64,000 bases of DNA from assembly GCA_964016885.1 (NCBI GenBank), contig OZ024744.1, positions 32,178,001 through 32,242,000 on the forward strand. The letters run 5' to 3'. This DNA is from Eledone cirrhosa (lineage: Eukaryota). This document shows, in pieces, positions 1-9,900 of this stretch; the stretch's first letter is position 1, and each line of letters starts with the position of its first letter. The notes below the pieces were generated by a model. It made no database searches. It worked only from the letters and a program-made list of their open reading frames with translations, and had not been told where the DNA came from. The position numbers were made by a program, and so were the translations under genes.

Positions 1-682
1 GCTGCTGGTCCTTGAAAAAATCGGGTGGAGGTTTCAGGGAGACTCCATTGGCGCTTCTTGTCACCATGGCCCTTGCGACTGCCATCTCCTCCTCTGTGAC
101 TAATCCTGTCTCGATATTTCGGGCGACACCTGCAAAAGAAGTGGTCCCTTTTTCAGCAACACCACTATTGCTGCCGCTACTGGTCTTACTGGTGGTGCTG
201 AGATCGCTATTACAGGTATCGATGTCATTGTTGATGTTTTCGTTGGTACAGTTGTTGGTGTTGTTTTCGTTGATACTGTTGCTGTTTTTACTGTTATTGT
301 GGCTGTTGTTATTATTGTTGTTTTTGTTGATACTGTTCATACTATTATTGTTGTTGTGGCTGTTGTTATTGTCATTGTTATTGTCGTTCTCGACCTTACC
401 GCTGTTAGTTGTGTTATTGTCGTTTTCGACCTTACCGCTGTTATTTGTGTTATTGTCGTTCTCGACTTTACCGCTGTTATTTTTGGCGTTGTTGTTGGTG
501 ATGTTGTTGGTGTTATTGTTGGTGTTGTTTGTGTTAGAAATATTTGGTAATTTTAAATCTGTAACAATCTTCTTTTCCTTTGTAATATTTTCGTTTATAT
601 TTACCTCCGCTGGAACGCTGTCTTGTTGACATGCTGATAAAGTCTCCCTCTCTCTGTGTTGTCTGACAGCGCTCTCTTTCAA
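1..682 (-). CDS. Partial ORF1 (gag-like) of a Tx1-like LINE; TTG sits at the position of the expected start codon
   Basis: Manual translation gives LKESAVRQHRERETLSACQQDSVPAEVNINENITKEKK...(N/D/S-rich)...GTTSFAGVARNIETGLVTEEEMAVARAMVTRSANGVSLKPPPDFFKDQQ with no stop before the edge. It is absent from the ORF track, probably because it runs off the window. Confidence 0.6.
   Translation of the reverse strand, partial: MKESAVRQHRERETLSACQQDSVPAEVNINENITKEKKIVTDLKLPNISNTNNTNNNTNNITNNNAKNNSGKVENDNNTNNSGKVENDNNTTNSGKVENDNNNDNNNSHNNNNSMNSINKNNNNNNSHNNSKNSNSINENNTNNCTNENINNDIDTCNSDLSTTSKTSSGSNSGVAEKGTTSFAGVARNIETGLVTEEEMAVARAMVTRSANGVSLKPPPDFFKDQQ
374..481 (-). repeat. 36-bp tandem repeat x3 inside ORF1 (NNSGKVENDNNT)
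   Basis: Three copies of aataacagcggtaa(a/g)gtcga(g/a)aacgacaataacaca on the minus strand, offset 36 bp. Confidence 0.85.
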
Positions 683-883
683 AAAAAATAGTTTTACACA
701 AATACGAATACGACACCCCGTAAATGGGTGCCGTATTATTTACTAGTGAACCCCTGTATTAGGTGGGTCACTTCTTCTAAACTTTTATCAAATTTAAAAC
801 TTGAATAAAAGGTTTAGAACGGTTGAAAAAGAGGTAAAACGTTGAAAAAGACTGGAGGCGATAAGAAGCGTGGCTTCACCAAC

Positions 884-907
884 AATAATAATAATTATAA
901 TAATAAT
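884..907. repeat. (AAT)n microsatellite
   Basis: aataataataattataataataat. Confidence 0.9.
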
Positions 908-1621
908 GCCGTGTATGTAAAAAAACAACCAGAGACCATTGATCATATAATTTCAATGTGCAGTCCTATAGCTCCAACCGAATACCTAAACAGGCATGAC
1001 AGAGCTGCACAATACATACATTGGATAATGTGTAAGCATTTTGACCTGCCCGATCAAAAGAATTGGTGGGAGCATCAACCACCTCCCATACTTGAAAAAA
1101 ATCACATCTCAATCTTGTGGAACTTTAGCATCCAAACAGACCGAAAAATAGATGCAATTAGACCTGATATAATACTGAAGGACTTTAAAAAGAGGGTATG
1201 CCTGCTAATTGATATGTCCGTTCCAATAGACAATAATGTATCTATAAAAACATTTGAAAAATTGAGTATAAAGTATAAAGACCAGGAGATAGAAATTGGA
1301 AAAATGTGGAAATTGAGAACTAAAACAATACCAGTGGTTGTAGGCGCTCTAGGAATGATACCTAAGGGGTCTAATGATTACTTATCGCAAATCCCAGGAA
1401 ACCCGCGTATAGGAGAAATACAAAAGATAGTACTAATGGGAACTGCCCATATACTAAGGAATATTCTGTCAATATAAGTACATCACAAGTGTAAGCACCT
1501 AAAGATGCATGTGTGTGTATGTATGTTCTTTGTTGAACATGGCGGACCTTGTTGTCTCTTGAGGTCACTGGTTGTGACTTGGTGATAACTCGTATGAACA
1601 TAAAGCAAGATAAATGCAACT

Positions 1622-1622
<1 letters not shown>
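907..1622 (+). mobile_element. 5'-truncated R4/Dong-like LINE (CCHC finger, restriction-like endonuclease, 3' UTR)
   Basis: CRVC (+1 frameshift in an A7 run) QPETIDHIISMC...YLNRHD...W...RPDIIL...LIDMSVP...EKL..KY is the CCHC/RHD/PD..D signature of RLE-type LINEs. The ORF ends at 1477 and the fragment has (TAA)n on both sides. Confidence 0.85.

Positions 1623-1659
<37 letters not shown>
1623..1659. repeat. (TAA)12 microsatellite shared as the 3' terminus of two converging LINEs
   Basis: A perfect TAA run between the Dong-like 3' UTR (+) and the Tx1-like 3' end (-). Confidence 0.95.
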
Positions 1660-1661
<2 letters not shown>

Positions 1662-2790
1662 TTTCTTTATTGACCACAAGGGCTGACATCAAGAAAAACA
1701 TTACAGACGACACAGGACGGGACGATGTGGGTTTTGTGCGTGTAAAGATTTGTATTATTTATATAAGAAAAGAAAAAAAAAAGACATATAAACATATATA
1801 TATATATATAAACAATAAAAATGAAAATTGAAACAAGGAAAAGTTCCACGATAGGGAAAAAAACCTCTGAGGGTTACTCGTGGCGAAAACCACACAAAAG
1901 ACCACGGCCACCCTGACCACCAGGGCAAGCGCCTCCTCAATTTTTCCATTTGTCAAACTACAAGCGTATATTCAGAGCGTATATGGTTCACTCGGACCAT
2001 TCTCGCTACATTCACCGACCTTTCAACAAACTTGTTAGAAAACAGCACTTGCCTCTCCACCCTGATTTTCCTCTTCAAGAGAAACTTGAAAAAGTTAATT
2101 AGGGATTCGCCGAAGAGGAAAGTGTCTGTCTTTAACCCTTTCAACCTTGTCCACCACACAATCTCTTTCGCCATTGCCACCAGGCAGATGAAAACCACCT
2201 GCCCTTCCTCCTCAAAGGAAGACGGCGAGACCATCTGCACAATGGACTCAGTCAATTACCGGACCCGTCCTACACGCGACAGCAACTGTTCGACATAGCT
2301 CCACAAGTCAGCAATGCTCGGACACTGAATGAGTGCGTGCACGACGGTTTCGTCGCTCTGCGCGCATCTCGGACAGGCTCGGCTGACGGCACTTCCGTGC
2401 CTGTAGAGCTTATCTTGAACCGGCAACGCTCCCAGGTAGCTCTGCCAGGCCAGGGATTTTTGGAAGTTATACATAGGCCCCGGGCTGAAAGTTCTCCGGA
2501 AGAGAGCAAACAGCTGATCTTCTTCGACGCCCAGGATCTCTCCGAGAACGTCGTCGCTCTTCCCCTCCACTAGTCCTCTATAGAGCGCCGAGGTGGATGT
2601 TCCACCGATACTGGTGCCCTGCTGGCAGAGGGCAGTAAGCGCCTGGAGACATTCCAGTTTCCAAGCGCTATCCCTCGGTCTTTTCTTGACTCAGGACTGT
2701 AGCTCCGTCAAGGAGACGAGCTGTGGGAAAACGTGCCTGGCGAACGGCGACCATACCTTTTCACCGTCAAGGAAGCACCAGAGATGTCGC
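1660..2790 (-). mobile_element. 5'-truncated Tx1-like LINE (ORF2 C-terminus plus 3' UTR), decayed; a different family from 4763-16371
   Basis: NFQKSLAWQSYLGALPVQDKLYRHG...CPRCAQSDETVVHALIQCP...MAKEIVWWTRLKGLK is clearly homologous to the C-terminus of ORF2 6930-10367 and has an internal stop near 2256. The 3' end reads gcccttgtggtcAATAAAgaaatc(ATT)n and the truncated 5' end abuts (ATA)n at 2791. Confidence 0.9.
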
Positions 2791-2990
2791 ATAATAATAA
2801 TTGTTTCTACTTTAAGCCCAAGGCCAGTAATTTGAAGGTGGGGGAAAGTTGATTATCGACCTCAATGCTTACTGCTACTTTATTTTATCCACCCCGTAAT
2901 GATGAAGGGCAAAGCTAACCTCGGTGGGATTTGAACTCAGAACGGAAGGGCCATAACCCTATGCTGCAAAGCATAGCGTCTGACGCTCTA
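2791..2990 (-). mobile_element. tRNA-derived SINE, 5'-eroded, with (ATT)n tail (resembles a common octopus SINE)
   Basis: The minus strand has a Pol III B-box, gagttcaaatcc (2927-2938), and ends ggccttgggcttaaagtagaaacaattattattat. Related 3' pieces recur at ~3000-3032 and 17541-17610. The family is recognised from memory, not from a search. Confidence 0.7.
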
Positions 2991-2999
2991 CAGTGATGA

Positions 3000-3032
3000 T
3001 TTCTACTATAGGCACAAGACGAGCAATTTGGA
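3000..3032 (-). mobile_element. Short 3' stub of the same SINE family
   Basis: tttctactataggcacaagacgagcaattt resembles tttctactttaagcccaaggccagtaattt at 2804 and tttctactattggcacaaggccagcaaat at 17548. Confidence 0.55.
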
Positions 3033-3035
3033 TAA

Positions 3036-3980
3036 ATGTATGGTCAATTCGTACGTGAAATGCTTGATACAGTTGACAAAGACAGATACTGGAAAAGTGA
3101 CTTAAGGAAAAGTGACTTAAAAGTTGAAACTTATTTTTGCAGATCAGGATCAGGCAAGGCACTGAGAGTGAACTATATCAAGTTCAATATTGAAAAGTCA
3201 GTGAATTCCCCTTTTTTTAGGTTATGTGATAAGAAAAGTGAGACAATAAATCCCATTATTAGTGAATGTAAGATGTTTACACAGAAGGAGTACAGGAGAA
3301 GACACGACAACATTGCCAGATTGGTTCATTGGAAGCTCTGTCATAAGTATGATATGATTAGAAGGGAGAAATGGTATGAACACCAACAGGAAAGGGTGGT
3401 TGAAAAGAACCAGTATAAGATCTTGTGGAATATGACCATCCAGTGTGACAATTTTATCTTGGCCAGAAACCCTGGCTTTGTTGTCGTAGTAAAGAAGAAT
3501 AACAAGGCATGTTTTGTGGATATTGCTTCACGGTGGGACCACAAGGCGAATGAGAAAGTTGAGAAATACCAGGAGCCCAAGAGATAAATCAGGAAACTGG
3601 AAAATCAGATAAGTAGAAGTGGTACAGATTGTGGTTGGTACACTATATACAGCTAGTAGAAGGCTGGATACTTGGCTTGAGAGGCTAGGATTTCACCATC
3701 AGGACATGATTGTTACAGAAAACAGCCTTGTTAGGAACAGCAAGGGTTCTAAGGAGGGTGTTAGAAAGATGAAGGAGAAGGAATGACAACAGACGAAAAT
3801 AAGGCAGAATGAAAAATATTTTTTTAAAGGTGAAACAGTAAAAATCCTTTTTGAAAATAGAAGGAATAACGAAAGACACAGATCTCCATGGTCTTCAGCC
3901 GTTGAAATGGACTTTGGCAGTTTCGATCCCTATTGTTCTACCCGGAGTCACAGCATCTGACAAACAAGCCAAAGCACCGA
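3036..3980 (+). mobile_element. Second, older 5'-truncated R4/Dong-like LINE fragment (pseudogenised)
   Basis: MYGQFVRE...ALRVNYIK...RLCDKKSETINPIISECK...EYRRRHDNIARLVHWKLC...KWYEH...ILW...VDIA...EKVEKYQ. The CCHC and PD residues are degenerate. The remnant ORF ends near 3772 (LLQKTALLGTARVLRRVLER*). The extent of the 3' UTR up to the (AG)n is uncertain. Confidence 0.8.
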
Positions 3981-3986
3981 GAGAGG

Positions 3987-3991
<5 letters not shown>

Positions 3992-4070
<79 letters not shown>

Positions 4071-4072
4071 GG
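3992..4072. repeat. (GA)n microsatellite followed by a poly-G run
   Basis: Seen directly. Confidence 0.95.
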
Positions 4073-4604
4073 AGAAAAAAATAAATATGTAGATATACAA
4101 TACATTTAGCAAAGGCTTTGGAACATTACCTTCCGCCTCCTCTCTGTCTTTCATTTGGGTTCCATGAATTCTAAATTTTAAAAAATTAGAATATTTTTGA
4201 GAGAAGAAAAAAAAATGTTGAGTTATGATAGGTAATAGATAGATGAACTCGTCTTCCGCTTGTCAGAAAGTTGGTAACAAGTCAAAACATGTGACAACAT
4301 GGACACATCAATTCACCAACAAACAACAAATAAATCAACAATATCTAAATATCTTGTCACATTATCTCCTTACATGTTTTCAATGCTTCACTATATTTCC
4401 ACGACCGCCATCTTGTATATTCTATATCTTTACTGTTCTTTCACTCTTTAAGTGGTTATCTTCTTCTTCTTCTTCTTCTTTGTTCCTTTTTTCGTTCATT
4501 CTGCATTCCTTAATTTTTCTTTCATTTGGATTTTTGTTCTTCCTCCCTTATTTTCCCTTCGTTCATTTTTTATCCATGTCACATTTTCATTAATTCATTC
4601 GTTA

Positions 4605-4644
<40 letters not shown>
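4605..4644. repeat. (TATC)10 microsatellite
   Basis: Seen directly. Confidence 0.95.
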
Positions 4645-4717
4645 GTTTTTATTGTATGTAAACTTCCCCCTTTGTATTTGTCCCCTTCTTTTGTGCCCCT
4701 GTGGCTAATAAAGAAAT
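4645..4717 (+). mobile_element. ~73-bp 3'-terminal stub of the Tx1-like family at 4763-16371
   Basis: gtttttattgtatgtaaacttccccctttgtatttgtccccttcttttgtgcccctgtggctaataaagaaat is identical by eye to the 3' ends at ~10533-10605 and ~16298-16370. Confidence 0.9.
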
Positions 4718-4718
4718 A

Positions 4719-4751
<33 letters not shown>

Positions 4752-4762
4752 GTCTCTCTATC
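4718..4762. repeat. (TATC)n microsatellite between the stub and the full-length LINE
   Basis: About eight perfect units followed by degenerate tgtctctctatc. Confidence 0.9.
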
Positions 4763-4979
4763 AGTCGTGTGTCACTTCGCGGAGAAGTTTCCGTTAATTT
4801 ATGTAAGGAAAAAACGTGAGTTTTTAGTTCAATTTTATATCATTGTGTAACTTGACCACCCGTCTGGACCTTCAGGTGGTGGGTCAACTCATTTTCGCCC
4901 CTTCAGGGGCGGAATATCCATTTAAAAAATTTTTCTCCATCGAATCTTGGAAAAAATATTGTAAAATTTTGATTACGTT

Positions 4980-6896
4980 ATGAACGCTGCGTCCAACGAT
5001 AATGGTGGTGGAGAGGCGGTAAGACTACAAAGCTCGCAGTCAACAACGTCTTCTTCACTAGATACTATAGAGATGGAAAGACAAAATGAAAATAAAAAAA
5101 CGAATTCACATCCAAACAACACAAATGACACCAAACAGCTCAATGACAACAAAAATAACAGCAAAACCAATAATGATGATAAAAGCAACAATGATAACAA
5201 CAACAAAGAAAAAAATAAAGACAACGCCAATAACACCAGCATCAAAGACAACAACAACACCAAGGAAAATACGGATGATACCAACATCGGTGACAACAAG
5301 AATAACAACAAGAATAACAACAATAATGACAACACCACCAATACGGATTCCACAAAGAAACCAAAAATCTCCTTTGCGGAGAAAGTTCAAAAGAAAGAAC
5401 AATTGATATATCTCGACATAACAAATGCTGAACACCTTTTAAAGGACGCTAAGAGATATGTCACCTTCGAAAAAAATGGTGCTTTCAGCATCAATTCTCC
5501 GGTAGAAATTCGCAAGGAAACTGCTCTCAAAACGATAGTTTTTAGGACAGTTTCCAATTCTACCCGAAAACCAGTCCAATTGTCACAGAAAGATATTGAA
5601 CTGGTTTTCAAAGATTCAATGAATGATATTGCATTCATTCAAAGAAGCAAACTTTTTGGGAGTATTTCGGTACTGATGAAGGATCAATTGACGGCCCAAA
5701 ATTACTCTGTGTCGCCAATTGTATCCAACCTGTACACCTTTTTCCCTACATACATGGGAAAAAGGACACAAAAGATCAGAATCACAAGTGTCACACCAAA
5801 GGTGAACATATGGTGGATACTGTGCGGCTTCATCAATTTTGATGAAGACAGAATACTGTCAGTAGGCAAGTCCCCCAGAGATGTATTCAATGGGACTAGC
5901 ATTGAAGTTCTGGTGCAAATGAGCCCAGAGCGAATAGCTATGATCCCACAGCGTGTACTCCTGGACGGACTTACCTACATAAACCTTTCGGTTGAGGGTA
6001 GGCGGCCTTCATGTTACCATTGCTTTAGCAGGGGTCACCTGAGGGCTTCCTGTCCTAAACTAATGAACCAAAAAAAGGCTCTTCTGCCAACACCCATCAA
6101 AACAACACAACCACCAACACCACCACTACAACAACAACACCAACACACAAAAATAACCACAACAAACACAGTCCCACCCAACCTCACTCCACCTAAAACC
6201 ACTGCAAAATCACATACAGACACAACAGCTCCCCAAGACATACCCCTCCCCAATCACACAGACGATACAACAGATGAGGCTATCTCGCCATCACCCAGTG
6301 AAGACGAGGGAGAACCCCATCGCTCGAAAAGAAAGAAAAGACATCACAAAAGCAAAAAACCAGCAAACACTACCACAAACATACAACCACCAACACAAAC
6401 AACAAAAATATCACAAACAAAACCCCCACCTCCTGAAAACAAAATACCTACAACAAAACGAAAGCACACACAAGAACTACAGACAAAAACAAACACAACA
6501 CAAGAAAATTACACTTACACTTACATAAACACTGAAAACAAAACACTAATGGAGACCATTACGAACGACCCTTCGGTTTTCACCGAAGGGAAAACTTTCG
6601 CCCACTCTATAAAAAATAGCAAAAAAATGAACCTAAAACTGATTAGGGTCCCTATACAAACTTATAGGTCCCTAAAAGAAACATTTGAGAAGGATGTGGG
6701 GAATTCCTGCGTGAAACCACTCAACCGCGTCCTTCTCAAATGCCTCCCCACCCCAGACACCCCCATTCCACCAGACCCCACCCCACCAAACATCTGCGTC
6801 CCCACCCCGCCGGAAACCACCACCCATCCAGACAACCCCTCCAACACCCCCATGGAAATCGTGCGGCCTGGTCCCCAGGAGGCGAAGGGTGAGTGA
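4980..6896 (+). CDS. LINE ORF1, gag-like nucleic-acid-binding protein (638 aa)
   Basis: Asn-rich N-terminus, SFA motif, a single CX2CX4HX4C knuckle (CYHCFSRGHLRASC) and a Pro/Thr/Lys-rich C-terminal half, directly upstream of ORF2. Confidence 0.9.
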   Translation: MNAASNDNGGGEAVRLQSSQSTTSSSLDTIEMERQNENKKTNSHPNNTNDTKQLNDNKNNSKTNNDDKSNNDNNNKEKNKDNANNTSIKDNNNTKENTDDTNIGDNKNNNKNNNNNDNTTNTDSTKKPKISFAEKVQKKEQLIYLDITNAEHLLKDAKRYVTFEKNGAFSINSPVEIRKETALKTIVFRTVSNSTRKPVQLSQKDIELVFKDSMNDIAFIQRSKLFGSISVLMKDQLTAQNYSVSPIVSNLYTFFPTYMGKRTQKIRITSVTPKVNIWWILCGFINFDEDRILSVGKSPRDVFNGTSIEVLVQMSPERIAMIPQRVLLDGLTYINLSVEGRRPSCYHCFSRGHLRASCPKLMNQKKALLPTPIKTTQPPTPPLQQQHQHTKITTTNTVPPNLTPPKTTAKSHTDTTAPQDIPLPNHTDDTTDEAISPSPSEDEGEPHRSKRKKRHHKSKKPANTTTNIQPPTQTTKISQTKPPPPENKIPTTKRKHTQELQTKTNTTQENYTYTYINTENKTLMETITNDPSVFTEGKTFAHSIKNSKKMNLKLIRVPIQTYRSLKETFEKDVGNSCVKPLNRVLLKCLPTPDTPIPPDPTPPNICVPTPPETTTHPDNPSNTPMEIVRPGPQEAKGE

Positions 6897-6929
6897 TCTC
6901 TTTTCCTCTTTTAACTTTTCAGCACCAAC

Positions 6930-9900
6930 ATGGCCAATATAAGAGTTGGATGTGTGAACGTACGCGGCCTGGGGATGCCCTGGAAACAGGGCAAACTCTT
7001 AAACGACCTCAGGTCGCACAGTTTGGATGTGGTAGCCATTTGCGAGTCCAGGATCCACGGCGAGCGACAGCTGGCCCCCATCTTCGATGACTTTGAGATC
7101 TACGCATCTCTCTGTCAACCGGGGGGTGGGGGCGGAGTTGCCGTTTTGCTGCGGAAACACCTGGGCCTCGTAACACAGACGGTACATCTGGACCCGGAGG
7201 GTCGACTGGTGGTCCTAGACGTTGACGGTAGTGAAGGTGGAGCGTTCAGGCTGGTGGCCGCATATGCCCCATCCGGGACACCGCGGCCAGACTTCTTCAA
7301 ACGTCTAGAGACTTTTCTGGGAACGTCCCGCTCCTTGCTTTTAGTGGGGGACTGGAATGGAATCCTAGATGCACGTTGGGACTATGTGGGAGCATGTCCC
7401 GATAAAGGGGGGTGTAACAGCCTCAAACAGTTAATCGACCGATTTGACCTGGCCGATAGATATCGACTAGATTTTCCGACTGCGCCACTGTGGACGTGGA
7501 GTAATCGTAGCGGAACATCTAGATCGTACCGAGATAGGGTTCTAGTTAGAAATAAGGATAGGGACATGTTAAGCTGTCCACAAATGTTCATGGTTGCCTA
7601 TTCAGATCACAAACTAGTGACCTGCATGGCCAACCTTGATAGAACCCATAGACAAGGACCCGGCTACTGGAAGCTGAACTTGTCGTTACCGACAAGCAAA
7701 GCCTACAGTAGACGGATTAGCACTTTAGTTAAACAGCACTTGACAGGGGCCATTGTCAACAACAGATGGTGGTACTCTCTCAAGAGGGCAGTTAGATTAG
7801 ACTCGATAGTTTTTAGTAAAGAATTAGCGTTAGATAGAAATAGAACCGAGAAGGAACTGGTAGATAAAGTAGAAGAGGCTATTAGAAGTGGCAACGTAGC
7901 CAGCGTGCTAGCAACGAGAACGGCCTTGGACCAGTTCTTCGACGCAAAGCACGAGGGCTGCGTTGTCAGAAGCAAAATACGTGCTCTGGGAAACGAGGGA
8001 GCCAAAGCTGTTAGCTGGGCCCGAGTGACGGAGGCAAAAAGTGGCAACAAGTCCACGATTCGGTCTTTGAAGGACCAAAACGGACGCGTGATACGTGAGC
8101 CGAAGCAGATGTGTGCGGCTTTTCAGCGGCACTTTGCTCGGCTGTTCGGGGGGAGCGGCGCGCCGGGAGAGGCTATGGATTTCGGTCCATACCTCGACGG
8201 CCTACCGCGACTCTCGGACAGCGAGGCGAAGTTCTGCGAAAAGCCGATTTCAGCCACTGAGATAGGGGACGCGCTGAGCCAATGCGGCAAACGCAAATCT
8301 CCAGGTCTCGACGGTCTACCCTACGAATTTTACGTAGCAATGCCGGACTTATTCTCCGGTCTCCTGGAAGCGGTCTACTGCAACTGGCAACAGAACGGGA
8401 GAATTCCCAATTCTGTAACCGGGGGCGTGGTCACACTAATCAGGAAGGACGAGAATAAGGGGGATGACATAGGCAACTTCCGGCCCATAACTCTGCTAAA
8501 CACAGAGTTACAGATTTTGGCCAAGGTGTTGGCAAAGAGGCTGGCGCTTGTCGTCGAGAACCTGGTGGGAGAAGCGCAGACATGCGCGATCCCGACCAGG
8601 TCCATACACGACAACCTCCACCTCATGCGATACATCATAGAGAGGGTAGGGTGTAAACCCGGCTTCGGTGGGGCCCTGATCAACTTGGATCAGTCTAAGG
8701 CTTTCGATAGGGTTGACCATCGTTACCTGGATGCGGTGCTCGAGGCGGCAGGCTTCGGACCCGTGTTCAGGGGCTGGATTGCTGCAATGCACAACAGCAA
8801 CATCTGCTCAAGGGTCAAGGTGAACGGTTACCTCTCGGAGCCGTTCCATATTACGCGATCCATTCGACAGGGATGCCCTCTCTCCTCCCTTCTGTACGTA
8901 CTGACTCTCGAGCCACTACTGCGGAAGCTGGAGCTATTGCAGGGCATCCCTCTGGAACCGGGACTGCGGAAAGCGGCGTCGGCCTACGCCGACGACGTGA
9001 CAGTAATGGTGTCGAGCGCCTCGCAAATCGAGGAAGTCGGCACCTTACTAAAGGAATACGAAAGTCTCACAGGAGCAAAGCTGAACCGGGACAAGTCCAT
9101 CGGTTTGCAACTCGGATCGTGGAGAGGCAGACCGATGCCTTCCGATGGCGTCGTCGGACGCTGGACGGAAGGACCGGTAAAGCTGCTCGGGGTCTGGTTT
9201 GGTCCGGACCTCCAGGTGGAGAAGAACTGGAACGAAGTGACGGCCAAGGTGTTTGCACTCACCCAGAAGTGGGCCGAGTGCAAACTATCCTTGAAAGGTC
9301 GAGCGGAGGTGGCGAACACTTTTATAGCGTCCGCCATCTACTACCGCTTGACCGTCGTGCCTTGTCCAGCCAAAACGCTCGCCAAAATGGAGCGCGCCCT
9401 CTTCCGATTCCTTTGGAAGAGGCGGGCTCCTTTGGTAAGAAGATCCATCTGCTGCCAACACCCTTCTAACGGAGGGCTGGGGATGCCGTGGTTGACGATG
9501 CGCAAACACGCGCTCAGGCTGCGGCATCTCTACGTATTCCTCACCGGACAACCGGTGTGGGCCCCGTTCGTGAGGCGAGCCTTCCCACGACTCGTCTCGC
9601 TGACCGAGCTGCAGTCCTGGGTCAAGCAGAGACCGAGGAAAATGGGCGACTGGCACATCGAATGTGCTCAGGCGCTCACAGCCCTCTGGCAGGCGGACCC
9701 GGCGATCAGTGGAGACTCCACTTCGTCATTCTATAGAGGGTTGGTCCGCAGCAAGTGCGACGACGCGCTCGGTGAAACTCTAGGCGTGGAGGAAGATGAA
9801 CTGGCCAGTCTGTTCGGTAGGACCTTCCGCCCGGGACCGATGGACAACTTCCAAAAGTCCCTGGCCTGGCAGTGCTACCGAGGAGCTCTACCAGTTCGAG

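Larger units (their letters stand above)
1..882 (-). mobile_element. 5' part of an L1/Tx1-clade non-LTR retrotransposon (5' UTR plus ORF1 N-terminus), running off the window edge
   Basis: A minus-strand frame is open from ~682 to base 1. It encodes an Asn-rich stretch, then TSFAGVAR and AMVTRSANGVSLKPPPDFFKD, which aligns by eye with ISFAEKV and RYVTFEKNGAFSINSPVEIRKE of ORF1 at 4980-6896. Twin 5' UTR hairpins lie at 707-771. The 5' end abuts (AAT)n at 884. Confidence 0.7.

Noticed and set aside
12-629. Leu-rich 205-aa membrane-protein-like ORF, and similar minus-strand ORFs at 4973-5435 and 10825-11290
   Set aside because: Antisense shadows of the Asn-rich (AAC/AAT) ORF1 N-termini.
842-1477. 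211-aa ORF as an intact gene
   Set aside because: Chimeric: the N-terminus reads through another element's antisense UTR and an (AAT)n tract, and only the part after ~907 is R4-like.
6889-6922. 34-nt mini-intron fusing ORF1 to ORF2
   Set aside because: The ORFs share a frame, so removing 34 nt would put ORF2 out of frame. It is also very short for a metazoan intron.
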